DNA from: Selaginella moellendorffii
Lineage: Eukaryota > Plantae > Lycopodiophyta
Assembly (NCBI RefSeq): GCF_000143415.4
Contig: NW_003314318.1
Coordinates: 496,001-560,000 of the forward strand
DNA: 64,000 nucleotides
Direction: 5' to 3'
Shown piece by piece: positions 22,072 through 34,879 of this stretch. The translations under genes were made by a program, and so were the position numbers. Position 1 is the first letter of the stretch, and each line of letters opens with the position of its first letter. A model generated the notes under the pieces. That model had not been told where the DNA came from and did not search any database. It worked only from the letters and a program-made list of their open reading frames with translations.

Positions 22072-24038
22072 TCACGCGCCTGACTTGTGAGCTTGCCAGG
22101 GAAGAACATCGATGGGTTCTGGAACATCATGGTCCGGTGTGGAATCGTCAAAGCTTCCGACCAAGCTTTTCGCGAAAGGGCCAGCTTGTTGGTGGAGAGT
22201 TAGCTGCGCGATTCGAAAGACAGCAGCCCCGAGATCGATCTGTGGTCGATCGAAAGTTCCTCGGACGGGAACCTACACGGAAACATATAGCTGAAAAAAA
22301 CTGTAAAGAGAGAGAGATGGTTAATCACCTGGAAATGGAAGTTTTTCGGAAGGTTGTTCAATCCTAGAAAGTCTTTCAGGATTGTCTGTGGAATCACTAG
22401 TTTTGTGTTCATTTTCTCTTCGATCCAGTTGAACTCGCCCCAGGTAGCAACATGAACTTTGCCTGTTTAGAGATGAAATAAGAAGAACAAGTAGTGAATC
22501 CAAGACCATACCCGCAATGAGAAGATCAATGCGTCGGCACTTTAAATGACCATCCACATTGGCTACGGCCTCGATAGCACTTGTTTCCATCTTGAGCTGG
22601 CGTCTTCCACCCGAGACTTCGTCTTTGTTTTTGCTTCGCGAAAGCAGCGTGAAGATCCCATCGAGAATAGGTCCTCTTGCCAATACCTATAGAGGATGAC
22701 ATTAAAACAGTTGGCACTTTCGGGAAGGAACAAGAAAGTACAACTTTGAACAGCTTACCACACTCATTGGTTCGAAGCGTAGCTTGTATTCATCGGCAGG
22801 AAACTTCATTTCTTTTGGAATGACTTCCATGATCACGTCAGGCATGTCATTTTCGGCCACAGCAGGACCGACTATATAGCCTAGCAAAGGATTCACTCGA
22901 GCAAGGTAGAGGCGACCGAGCTCAGGAGTGAGATCCATCTGAGACAAACGAAAAGATATATAAGTTTCTCAATCATTAACAAAAGAGAAAACAGTACCTC
23001 GATTTTTATAGGCTCGATGAGCTCGATCTTCTGATTCGAGGCATTGAGAAATCCAAGCACCTGTGCTTCAAGACAATCCGACCAGGCATTGATTTGCACC
23101 GGCAAAGAACGAAGACCACCACCCGACTTAAGAGCCTCGGATCTTTCTTTCGCAGGACTGCCAACCAGAACGTCGACAAATATTTTCTCTCCAAGAGCAG
23201 CCGCTGCGTCAGCTGGAAGAAGCAGCTCTCCGCCACGAATCGTCAATCCTCCATTAACAGCCTTGAAGTCCGATGCCAGTTTCACGACTCCGGTCGAAAC
23301 AACGGCATTTTTCTTCTTCGGTTGCTGATGTGCTTTTCGAGTCGAGGATTCCACCGCACGAGCAAGACGAGAGATTCCGGTCTCTGGATCCTCGAGCAAG
23401 TTCATCCATAGCGAAGAAACCGTGCAATCCCCTGTGAAACCACGTTTTGATTTTCTCTCATGAAATCTGGAAACAAAGAAGGAAAAAGAGTAAACTAGGA
23501 AGTTATATCTCTTTTCCATTCTTACCGAAACCACTCCTTCCGGTTACGATCGAGAAAAGCGACGCCTTAGTCGTGATGTTTTGGATGTCAAGAACACGCT
23601 CTCCATCACCATCCTCGAGACAAATTCCTTCCAAATCCACAGGCTTCGTCCAGCCAAGGGTGGCCTTGCGAACTCGAAGTTTCCCTGGAAGAGATCTTGC
23701 TAAGAAATTATACTTTAATCATTTCACTCACCTGGAATGGTATGATTCGCGACCCAGACAGTGGCATTCAATCCTTTCTGCCAAGAAAGCATCGCCGGTA
23801 GAGCAGCCACAGTGATCGCCGCGCAGCACAGCACCGCCGCCAGGGCCCGGGAAGCAGTCGAAACCACCGCACCAAGCGATGGCATGCGCGGAGATGATTG
23901 CATCGCAAAAACACCTCTCCTGCCGCTCCAATGACGCCGAAGCGGAATTCTCACGCCATGGCGAGATGGAACGATGCCGATCACTCCCCGAGGAGAGAAA
24001 TGCGTTCCATGCTCACAGGCAAGCGCCTGCCCGCCCAT
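22072..24038 (-). CDS. Organelle-targeted AsmA/TamB-like (repeating beta-groove) protein, multi-exon
   Basis: Transit-like N-terminus, one TM helix, then KLRVRKATLGWTKPVDLEGICLEDGDGERVLDIQNITTKASLFSIV; C-terminus RIDLLIA-KVHVATWG...VPVRGTFDRPQIDL...DVPEPIDVLPWQ; exons join in frame by GT-AG. Family call is from pattern only. Confidence 0.6.
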
Positions 24039-24183
24039 TCTTGATCCTCCAAGAACCCTAAAAAACAAACCTAGGCTTGTCTCATCACAACAATTAAACT
24101 TGAGATTGAACGGCTAGGATTTAGGCTAGAATTATTAAAACGTTTCAAGAGCTAAATAAATATTCCAGTAGATTCTCCCTTCG

Positions 24184-24518
24184 CTAGTCCGGTGTAACCT
24201 TGTCATAGTTGAGCTCCTGGAATCTCATGCTCACCCGCATAGCGTGCTTTAGAAATTTCTCCGCGCAGCGCTTCACGCACGTCTCCTCCTGCTTCTCCAG
24301 CGTCTTGCGCCGGAAGGAATCCACGCAGTGCCCAAAGCATCGCTCCACCAGCGCGTTATACATCCTCAAGCTGCGCAAAAATGCCCAAATCCATCCCAAA
24401 ATCCCATCCAACGCAGAGACATTTACCTGTCGCGGGCTTGCAGCGCATCGATCATGCCCGCAATTCGCTGCTGATCCTCCTCCGCCATGCCGGCTACCTC
24501 CATACCCGCTCTCTCCAT
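24184..24518 (-). CDS. TIM9: Mitochondrial small Tim chaperone TIM9
   Basis: Two exons: MERAGMEVAGMAEEDQQRIAGMIDALQARD|SLRMYNALVERCFGHCV...EETCVKRCAEKFLKH (twin CX3C). Confidence 0.92.
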
Positions 24519-24653
24519 CGCTCCTTCTCCCCAAGAACCCTAAACCCAGAAAGAAAGGAAGAACTTTACCATGGTCAAATGCTATATATAATATTTCACA
24601 TACAACCCTTTTGTGTGAACGAACACGAAAGCTTCAAAGCCTACTTTTTCTTA

Positions 24654-25750
24654 TTAGTAAGAGTCAGCTCCCTCAACTTGCTGCCTCGCCAAATACTTTT
24701 CTCGACGCTCTTTCTGCAAATCATTGACAAAGCTTGTGAGTGACGAGAGAATTGGAAAAAGATTTGGTACCCATTCGTCAATGACAAGCCCCTCCACGAC
24801 CGCTCCTTTGGGGTTTTTCTCCTCACAAGGTTTCTTGCGGGCTTCCTGCGCTGCCTCGGCCTCCGCTAGACGCTTCCGGAGCCTCTCCAGCTCCGCCTGC
24901 ATCGATTGAATCACTCGTGAGTTGGATGCAAGGAAAATGCGAATGATCTTACCGGAGAAGTGTGTTGCGGGTCTACAAAGACCACTTGCAGTATTCTCTC
25001 AACGGTGACTAGTTCGCGCTGCTCTTCAAACTGTTTTGCGAAGTGAGAGCGAGAGAAAGAGAAGGGCTCTTAGATCTCATACTTTGCAAGCTTATGACGT
25101 ACCAGCTCTGGCGTGTACTCGACCCCGTCCTTAACTTTCAGGCTGACAATCTTAAATTTCTCCTTCGCTCTCTTCTGCTGTGGACGCTCTGGCTGCTCCA
25201 CGAACTTGACGACTGCCACGGGATGGGAAAGAGTCAAAAACACGAAGAACCGGACGAACTTCATACCAGTTGCGTAGATGGTCTCGTTCGGCTTGATGAT
25301 TCCATTTGGAGGACGCATGAAGCAGCTCTTTGGTGCCGTGGTTTGGAACTTCACAAGGAGAAAATCAGAGTAGAAGACGATGCGAAACGAAGAACGAGAT
25401 GCTCACCTTGAATGCCACATTGGAGCGGCTCACATTCTTGATCTTCACAGCGCTGGAGACTTGCTTTCCCGGTTCATCTAAATTTTTAAACTGTGAGAGA
25501 TCGATTTTACAAGCAAAGGAGAGAGAGAGTGAAAGAACTTACACTCAAAAACGAGCTTCTTGTCAGGGTCGAGGCGCAAGCGCCGCTTGTTCAAGAGAAA
25601 GGCCTTTGCGGCAGCAGAGACGCTGCGCAGACTGGTCGCATCCCTTCCAAATCCATCGGGCTGCATTTGGCTCTGCTGCTGCTGCTGCTGCTGCCGGTGA
25701 TCGAACAGAGAAGGGTGCTGCTCGGCTGTGATGCGTTGCCACCACCGCAT
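24654..25750 (-). CDS. MSP-domain VAP4/MAMI-type protein (no TM anchor)
   Basis: RRLRLDP.KKL.F, VSSAVKIKN...VAFK|FQTTAPKSCFMRPPNG, FKIVSLKV, GLVIDEW|KERREKYLARQQVE. Confidence 0.88.
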
Positions 25751-26104
25751 TCTGCCTAAACCCTAGCCTTGACCATTCCAGCTCGCGGATTTCCCTCCAC
25801 TCTGGCCTCCGCGACAAGGATCCAGCTCCCAATCCGTGGAATCTGCCACAGCAGCTCGGGTCTTACCGGAAATCGACTCGCAGCGCCAATGAGAGCAAAG
25901 ATCTACAGGCCTGAGAAGAAATGTATGTAGAGCCCTAACGCTCTTGGGGGGCCAATCCTAGCCGTTTATCTGCTGACCCAGTTGACGTAATCTGGATAGC
26001 TACTACTACTGCCACGTGGAAGACATCCGGCCGTTGGAAGGGTTGACCTCTGAGTATTCAAATAATTTGGGGAGAGGTGTTAGGGTTCTTGCGCTTGGGC
26101 AGTG

Positions 26105-27755
26105 ATGTTGATGCAAGTCGGGGGCGAGGGCGATCGGCCGACATTCTTTGAGATGGTGGCTGCGCAGCAGCTCCCGGAGAGCTTGAGGGCGGCGCTAATG
26201 TATTCATTGGGGGTAATCGTGATTTTCTTCATCGTCTGGGCAGGAAAATCTCACAACTTCGCCGATTTTTCAGGTGATTGCACAGAGAAGGCCCATTGTG
26301 CACAGGGTTTTGGATTATAGCGACGAGTTCTTCGCATTTCTAATGCTAATTCTCGAGGCGCACAACGTCCGGACAGCGGGTATTGTGTGATGGCTAGCTT
26401 ACATTCATGACATGACGCTATGATTCTTTTTTTTTTTTTTGGTTCTTCCTTGCGGCAGATGCTTCTTTCGCGGAAGCTCTTTATGGCTTACGGAGACAGC
26501 CAGTGGAGATTGTAACCGATGTGACACAGAAAAAATCGTCGCTTCCTTCTAGAGCCGGTCTGACTAGAGCTCAAAAAAGCCTCTCGATATTTTTCCTGGT
26601 AAGTTCTTTCGTCTGCAAAACTCCCGAATTCACACGTACTTTGTTTTATCAACATGGTAAAGGTTGGATTGCCTTACATCAAGGCAAAGTTGCAAGGAGC
26701 ATACACGGCTCAAAGAGGCAGCGCTTTGCAAACGGCGTTATGGGGAAGTAGCAGTGCTCCAGTGGAAGAAGTTGTTCCACATAACAATAGAAGCATTTTC
26801 CAACGCTGGAAACTTAATCTGGTTGCTGTTCTCACGTACTCCTTTCCTTGGATTCACGCCACTCACGAAGGTATGTTTTGAATGTAACTTATCTTACTAG
26901 TCTTTATGCTCGTTCCAGGACTATCGTTCGCATATCAATTGCTGTATTTACTCGAGGCAACGCGGTTCTATTCTCCAGCCTTGTACTTGACCGGAGTCTA
27001 TGTCCGCCGTGCATCCGGACAGGAGCTGGTAATCACGATGTCGTTTTACCTTTGTCGTTTTACCTTGTTGTGTAAAGCTAGATGGAACTAAACATATCCA
27101 GGAAAGAAGAAATCACGACTATGAACGGATTCGAGGCCCGGCTTCTTTGAAGGTGAAGAGCACTTTCTCTTCATGCCGTTGTGTTTCTTTTTAGTGACTG
27201 ATTTATCACTTGACTCTATAGGCTGTTCAAAGAGGCCTCTTGAAGTCACTTTACACTTTTCTGGACTATGCTCAAACAGGCCTTATTGCCGGAGTATTTC
27301 TCTTCAAGGTACGCACTCTTCTTTCACTGCAGTTCCATACAACTCCTAACACGAGCCTCAGATGATGGAATGGTGGTATCAATCTGCCGAGGAACGAGTC
27401 ATGGCCCCTACGATATATCCCCCGCCTCCACCACCACCGCCACCAAAGGTAACTGTTTCAGAGCTTCTTTTTTGTCTTGAATGCGCTTTGTAGGTGGCAC
27501 CAAACGGCATCCCTCTACCGGAAAGTGTTAGAACTTGTCCACTTTGCCTGCAAAGGCGAACAAATCCCGCCATGGCCGCTGTATCTGGATACGTTTTTTG
27601 TTATCCTTGCATATACAAGTACATATCCCAGGTAAATAGTGTTTGCTTCCTTTCTGCTCTATCTGGCTTCTTCCTTTGGACAGTATAAGCGCTGCCCAGT
27701 CACTCTGATCCCAGCTGATATCGAGCACATCCGCCGGTTGTATAAGGATGCATAA
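26105..27755 (+). CDS. PEX12: Peroxin 12 (RING peroxin)
   Basis: RPTFFEMVAAQQL, DASFAEALYGLRR, FKMMEWWYQSAEER, PPPPPPPK, CPLCLQRRTNP..SGYVFCYPCIYKY..RCPVT. Confidence 0.95.
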
Positions 27756-27875
27756 ACTAACAGATTTGAGAGGTACAAAGTGATATCTTACATATATAAA
27801 GCAAATTTTCTGCTTTGCAGCGACCAGTGATTTGCTGCAAAAAATGAAGACTAGCAAGGCTACACAAGAGATTTT

Positions 27876-29409
27876 TTATCTCGGACTGTCCTCTGGTTTG
27901 TCTCCAAAGTGTCTCCATGCAACCGCTAGTGCGCTGCCCATGATGTTCATCAATACAGCCGACACCGCAGGTGGTACACATGCTAGAGGAGAAGCGAAGT
28001 GCGAGTTTGCCAGAACAACGCCGAGAGACGAGTTCTGCATCCCAACTTCGATTGAAATCGCTCGGCTCTGTGGCTCTTCGAACCCAGCAACCTTGGACGC
28101 AACGTATCTACATCCAAAACAGCGCAGACTTGTCAACAAGCAGTGCAACCTTTGGAGAATAACTCACCCCAGCAAGAAGCCAGCAGTATGCACCATAACA
28201 ACGCCTGTGGCAACGAGCAAGAGAGACGACGAGTCTGCGTCATTGAAGCTCAAAAGGCCAACATTTACAGAGAAGACACTGCAATACGATGGTTTCGACA
28301 AGCGAAAGAAGAAATCCAAAGGGACAAACCTGCTAGCAAGTAGAGACGAGATCAATACAGCTGCGAGGGGCGCAAAAGGCTTAATGAAGGCAACACCGTG
28401 TGGAAAAGATCCTTGTAGCCAGGCACCGAGAAGAACTGGAGCAAGAACTACCTGGAAAAGCCGAGCGTCACAGAAAACAAAGAAACTTTACAACCAGTCT
28501 CACTTGTAGAGTGCTGAGAGCCAGGCCTTTGATGTCCACAGGGATGTAAGCTCCGGCAAAGGACAGTGTCAAGAGCGGTGTAGCAAAGACTGCTCCAATC
28601 GTCGTGCACGCAGTCATGATAATCGAGAGAGGAACATCTCCTCGAGCGATGTAAGTCACCTTTGGAAAAAAATGGATTTTGAGAGAAGTTCTCGCGAGAT
28701 CAAAGACTAGAAAACTTACGACGTTTGATGCGGTTCCTCCCGGGCAGCACGACATCAAGATGAGCCCAGCTGATAGCATGGGAGAGAGATTTAAGAACCG
28801 GCTAGTAGCAGCACCCATGACCGGCATAATCACGTACTGTGCCATGAATCCAAACGCAATCTAAGAACCAAACGCGAAAGAAAACCATCCAAGTTAGAAG
28901 CAAAGAAGGGAAAAAGAAGCCAAAGAACCAACACGAAACGAAGAACAACACCTTTGAAACTTTGGATGAAGTTTTTTTACCGCGGCCGGGCGCCTCCGGA
29001 GGACGTCCGCCAGATCCGAGAGCTTGAGCGTGAATCCCATGGACAGCATGATCGCCCCCAGAGCAAAGCTGTAAGAGCCGGGGCTCCTGCTCACAAACCA
29101 CGAATAAGCCTGTGGCCTGGCCAGCGCGAGCAATCCACCAAAGACGACGTAGACCGGATACAAGCTCGTCGCCACACCTAGAATCTCCTCCAATCGACTG
29201 CTGCTAGGCGCGGCGCTGCTCACATCCTCGCCCGCGCTTGCCTGGGCCCTGCATTCTCGATCCCTGGAGCGAATTGGAGCGCCGCGGGTCCGGCAATCAG
29301 CCAGAGCTGGACGGTGATGGCGCGCAGCGATTGGGAGGAAGGAGGCTGGAGAGTCGAGGTGGACGGCGAGGCGCAAGCACGCGGTAGGACACCAAGCGCA
29401 CAACGCCAT
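27876..29409 (-). CDS. Plastid bile acid:sodium symporter family transporter (BASS1/2-like)
   Basis: Transit peptide; [55 protein letters not shown]..HF. Confidence 0.92.
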
Positions 29410-29565
29410 CCCTATAAACCCTAAAACCAATTGTTTTGTTTAAGTTGAAATACAGTCAACCTGGTCAATGAAAAGTCAATAAAGGCAAACTTTATTTGCT
29501 TAAAAACCATCTTAGCAAACATCATTTTATTCTATTTCTTATACCAGCTCCCTTGGATTTTTGTT

Positions 29566-31163
29566 CTATTTCGCAACGTTGAGCTTCATGGGAACAGGGA
29601 TGCGATATGTCTGGGTGCCGTCATATATGTCCGCATCAGTCCTGAAAGCCAACACACCATCAAAGACACCGTCGATGCGATCCACAGGCTCACGCTCCAC
29701 GCCATTGAGCGATGTGTCCCTCGTCTTGTAGTGGAACGGGATGGCCAGTTTCGCAGTGCTGATCACAACCTGCACAGTTCCCTGGATGGATAGCAGAGGA
29801 TGTCAGTCAATCAATCGAGCAAAGGCGCACAGGCAGATTCTCTTACGTACCGTTTTCCCTGGAGGAATCGTCACTTTGTAAGTCGTCTGATAAGTGACTT
29901 CCTCGGACAAAGTCTCGTCCCACTGGTTTCCAAACTCTTGCTCGGCTCCGATCTGGATCTCGGTGCTCTCTTTGGCAAAGAACGGCACACCGAGCGTCAA
30001 AGTCTGCGTGATGCTCTCGGAGAAGGTGAACGAGTTGTGGAAGGACCTGGTGTTGCTCACTGTGGTGGTCTTGCTCGCGCTGATCTCCATCTCAGCAGGC
30101 TCGCTGCCTCTGTTCGTGGCAGATCCATAGGCGACACCGATTGGCGCCTCCTCGCTCGCACTCGCCAGATCTAGCAGATACGTCACGTTAAAGATTTGCC
30201 TGCTCCTCACAGCTTCTTCGACCACCAGGTGGCTGGACGTTTCCTCGTAATCGGATGCCCCAGCAAAGACCACGTCCGGATTATTGGTGACCCAGGACCG
30301 GCTTCCACGCATAAGGTAGAGGCCATTGGAACCCTTGAGAGCGAGTGTGGTGCTGTTCACTCGGACTGGATCGAACTGGCATTCAGCGTAGTCGGGAGTG
30401 TCACCTCTAGGTGCGACCCACTTGTCTGTATCGGCCTTCCAGTAATTGTTTGAAGTCCAGGAGGCGGCTTGGTTGGATCGAAGAGCTATCTTGCCGTTCA
30501 GGAGATACGCCACCTGGTCGAGGGCCCTGGGAATGTGAAAACAGATGAAAGACGAAACCAGCAGTGTACCTGGTGGGTGGTAACACGAATATCCGCGGAT
30601 TCGTTTGTGAAAGCGAACTGGTCCGGGAAGCCTCCAATGCCCATAGGCTCGGAGAGGCAGCTGAGGTACTTGGCATTGTTACCTTTGAGACCCACGTACT
30701 CGGGCATGTTGACAACGTAGTAGGACGACTCCACCACTTCTACCATGGAAACGATCTCATTGGGCTCCTTGAGCAACGCGTGGTACTGGGTGTTGAAGCG
30801 CTTGAGGAAGAGACCGTCGTGGACGGAGGAGAGTGCCACCTTTCCTGGGGCGACCTCGGGATGGAGCTTGAACCGGTTTGAGGCATCGGTGTCGCTGGGT
30901 GGGTTCTTGAGGTCGGCTACCACAGCAGAGGTGGAGGAGTGGCGGCGCCAGAAGTGCTTGTTGGCGGAGCAAATGACGAAGGAGGCGTTGGAATCATTGG
31001 CATTGTAGACCGCCTCGTGTGTGGTGTATCGGGTGGTGGTGTCGGACTCGAATGCAAGGGTGCCATCGGACTTAAGCATGAGGTACTTACCATTGTCGGC
31101 TTTGAGAGAGAAGAAGCGGGGAAGCTTGAGCAATGGGGATTCTGGATTTGGGGTCTGAGCCAT
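29566..31163 (-). CDS. Amaranthin-like lectin with two agglutinin domains and a C-terminal aerolysin-type pore-forming domain
   Basis: LPRFFSLKADNGKYL and MPEYVGLKGNNAKYL agglutinin repeats; Ser/Thr-rich SKTTTVSNTRSF...GVPFF..EIQIGAEQEFGNQW...YKVTIPPGK..IPFHYK.RD...DGVFDG; two short introns; no signal peptide. Confidence 0.85.
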
Positions 31164-31244
31164 TGCTGACAGACACAGAGCAAAAGAAACTTGGGCTGGA
31201 GGTTTGAGAGCTGCGTATCAAGTTAGTGCTTCCACAATGGCTTG

Positions 31245-31578
31245 GAATTACGATGACAAAATACATGTGCAAAGAGTATATGCCAGCAGCACAGTAAAAT
31301 TTGTTGGTTGTGAATTATGATGATAAAATACAAGTGCAAAGAGTATATGCCAGTAGCACAGTAGACTTTGTTTGTTGTGAATTGCGATAACAAAATACAA
31401 GTGCAAAGAGTATATGCCAGCAGCACAGTAAAATTTGTTTGTTGTGAATTATGATGATAAAATACAAGTGCAAAGAGTATATGCCAGTAGCACAGTAGAC
31501 TTTGTTTGTTGTGAATTGCGATAACAAAATACAAGTGCAAAGAGTATATGCCAGCAGCACAGTAAAATTTGTTTGTTG
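31245..31578. repeat. 67-bp tandem repeat, about 5 copies, alternating A/B units (134-bp higher-order period)
   Basis: aaaataca(a/t)gtgcaaagagtatatgccag recurs at 31258, 31325, 31392, 31459 and 31526; cagc..aaaattt units alternate with tagc..agacttt units. Confidence 0.95.
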
Positions 31579-31655
31579 CTGATCTCTCTCATGCATTATT
31601 TTGGGTTCACTATTGGTTTATCTATCCAAGTTCTATTTTAATATTTTGGTTGCGT

Positions 31656-31667
31656 CACTACAAGAAA
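31656..31667 (+). mobile_element. Possible CACTA (En/Spm) terminal sequence at the edge of the AT-rich island
   Basis: CACTACAAGAAA matches the canonical CACTA terminus; no partner end or transposase found. Confidence 0.3.
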
Positions 31668-34584
31668 CAACAAGCAGGCCTCTCCTTGCCGGCACTAGAA
31701 TAGTAAAATTTTATATTCCAAAATTGATTATATCAAACCTGACTATGTCTACTCTACATTGTGTCATATCTCACAAATTTGTTCATCTCTATCTATTCCA
31801 CATATATATCACAATGATAGGGATGGGGTGGGTGGTGTGGCAAACGATTGAATTATACTGCAATCACATCAATTTAAAACACATATGTGTTTTATTATTG
31901 AATTGTTTAAACAGACATGTGTAACTCACAAAATAATCTTGCATTAGTGCATACCACACACAGACACACACACACATGTATATATATAGCAAAATTCAAA
32001 TCAGTGCCACTTGCATTAGTATTTGATTATGTGCATGAAAAAATATATTATTTATCTTTATTTTAGTAATAATGTTGCAAAGTACTTCTTCTTAACAAAT
32101 TAGTATACTACTTTAAAACAACATCTTCCTATACATCTCAAAACTTACTAATACCTATAGAACATTAAAGTTTCCCATAGATCTATAGTATAATGGAACT
32201 CATAGGTATTTATTAACTTTTAAATGACAAAGCCATTATAGAGCCTATAATGCTTTTGAATTATATTGAATATGACTAATGACACAATTTTGAGATTTCT
32301 CTCCATATATACAAAAGGATCTAAAACTCTTGTGACTTTGAGAAATAAAAAATGATTGCTTAAATGAAAAAACAAGTCAATTGTCTTATTGGAATGGTTT
32401 TAATAATAGTAAGGCCACAGCAATGGGGTCCACTATGCACACATTATGTTGCTTGGTGGACTTCAACACCAAAACTGCTAATAACAACACAAAGCAAGTT
32501 TGAATAAAATCCACTAATGTTTAGTAGGAAGAGATGGAAATGCATAAAGGTAGTCATATAAAGTTAAGTGTATATAAAATTGTAAACCAAGAAAAAAGCT
32601 TGGAGGATTTAAAGATAGAATGTGCTAGAGTTGGGAGGCCACTCCTATATGTGCCAAATTTGCTATTAACCAAATATAACATCTATAAAAAAAATTTAAT
32701 AACAATGTCCATGAAATCTACTATGGGCCTCCCTTTATTGCTTTATTGTTATAAATATTATACCACCAAGGAATTAATTAAAATATAAAAAAGTCTTTAA
32801 AGATGTTTTAATGGGATGAAAAAGTGTTTCAAATGAAAACCATCTTTCAAATCTATATAAAACATACATGTACATATGTGTTAATTATTATTGACATTTT
32901 CTTGACACTTCATCTAGATAATCTATAAGTGATAAAGAAAAATATTTAAAAAAATTTAAAAACCTATCAAAGATGAGATAAAAAAATAAAAAATAAAAAT
33001 AAAAAATACTTACTTTGATTAAATAAAAATGCTCTTCAATCCAATCTTATAAACTTCTTAACTATACTTTATTTACTTTAGCACTTTATTCCATGAAATG
33101 AAATGAAGAGAGAGAGAGCAAGGATCTAAATATACCTAGTATAGATGTATTTCTTTAAAAACATCATTGAAATTTATATATACTTTTGATATATAGAAAT
33201 TCACTTGCTAATAGTGTTACTATAAAAAAGAATAAATAAATAAATACATTGGGTATGAGTGGACTACTTGAATTTACTTGGAAATGTTTATAACTTTTTT
33301 TATTCAATTTCATAGACTTTATCCCATTTTTACTTTTAGGAATTTGATCCTAGAGCATCTTTATTATATAAAAGCCTCAATGCAAATAAAATAGAAATGA
33401 TTTACAACCATTATAGAGGGAGTATTATGGCAAGAGATAATTATATATAACAATAAGAATTTTTCATTGGTACCTATGACTTTTATAACCTTATAGGGCA
33501 TATAATTTAAATACATTTCAATTGCAAACAATTAAGTTGGACATCACTGTCTTCAACCAAGGTGCAAGGCTACCAAGACCAAATTAAAATCAGCAAAAGC
33601 TCACTACTCTCATAAAATCTAAAAAAAAATGTAAAGTGCAATCTACTATTAAACATAATACTACAAAAGAAAGGTACAAGAGTTACCTTTTTAAAAAAAG
33701 TGCAACAATCACTTTTTTACACCAACTCTAGACTCTATTTAACTCAATTGCCTTTAGCCCCAAAAGTCAATATCACTTTTGGGTCACATCATACAAACTA
33801 TATATTAAAGTTTAAGTTAACCAAAGTTAACTCCAACCCTTTCACTAATGTGTAATGACTTATGAAAATGGAATGGTTTACAGGTAAAGTGACTAACATG
33901 TTAACCATTGGAATAGTCTAAAAAAATTTGTGGAAAATTTTCTATCCTAAAGAAAGAATGACTCTTAATTTAAAAATACAAAATTTCAACTAACTTCCTC
34001 TTACTAACAACTTCACAAATGTTCATTTCAAAATAAATTCTATATGCATAAGTACTGAATATTATGCTCAAATTTCTGCTAACATCAATATTTGCAAAAA
34101 TGTAAATAAATACCCAAGACTCAATCACGAAGACCATATCTTTGGATATCCACATTGCATTAACACTCTTCTTCAATCACCTTCAAAATCTAATATGAAG
34201 CTAAAACACTAATTAAAAAAATGACATAAAAAATCAAGGTCTAAAGAAAATTCTTTATCACTCAAAATAATAATGTCACTTCTATTAACACAAATGCTAG
34301 CAATGTCAATGCCTTAATTTCACACTTTTTCCATCTGACAATCTACTCCAGGTGCTAACAGATCAACCAATAAGCTATCGCAAATGAATGGAACAACTTT
34401 TTCTATCACTTTACAGGCAAATCTTCAAGAAAACAAAGTATCAATTTAAGCTTAGTATAATGGGTCATCATTGAGAACTTAGTCAAAGCTACTTCAATGC
34501 TACTATATACAAATAAACTCCACTTCATGGTTGATTATCATTTGATAAAGCAACTTCATAAACACATTACTTATGACCACATAT

Positions 34585-34879
34585 ATATATGCTTTATTTC
34601 GTTAAAGTGGAACTTTTCATTATCCCACTTATGGTGTGTGGCCACATGCCATTTTTATAACAACAATAAAAAATTGAAGTTTTAGCTTTATAATTTATAA
34701 ATTAAAAACTTTTCATATGATTTTGTGTTATAATATTGTGAAATATAAAAAATAAATTAAAAAACTGATAGAAATATTAATAAATATTAATTAAGTACTA
34801 GGAAATGGCATGTGGACACATGCTAATTAATGTCCCACTTTACTGAATAAGTTCCACTTTAACGAAATAAAACATATAT
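34585..34879. mobile_element. MITE-like foldback element, about 295 bp
   Basis: TIRs atatatgctttatttcgttaaagtggaactt (34585-34615) and aagttccactttaacgaaataaaacatatat (34849-34879), 1 mismatch; sub-terminal IR gtggccacatgccattt/aaatggcatgtggacac; TA-rich flanks. Confidence 0.8.

Noticed and set aside
31223-31596. Repetitive ORFs and CRISPR-like periodicity
   Set aside because: Head-to-tail 67-bp units with no unique spacers, eukaryotic context and no cas genes; the ORFs are artefacts of the repeat
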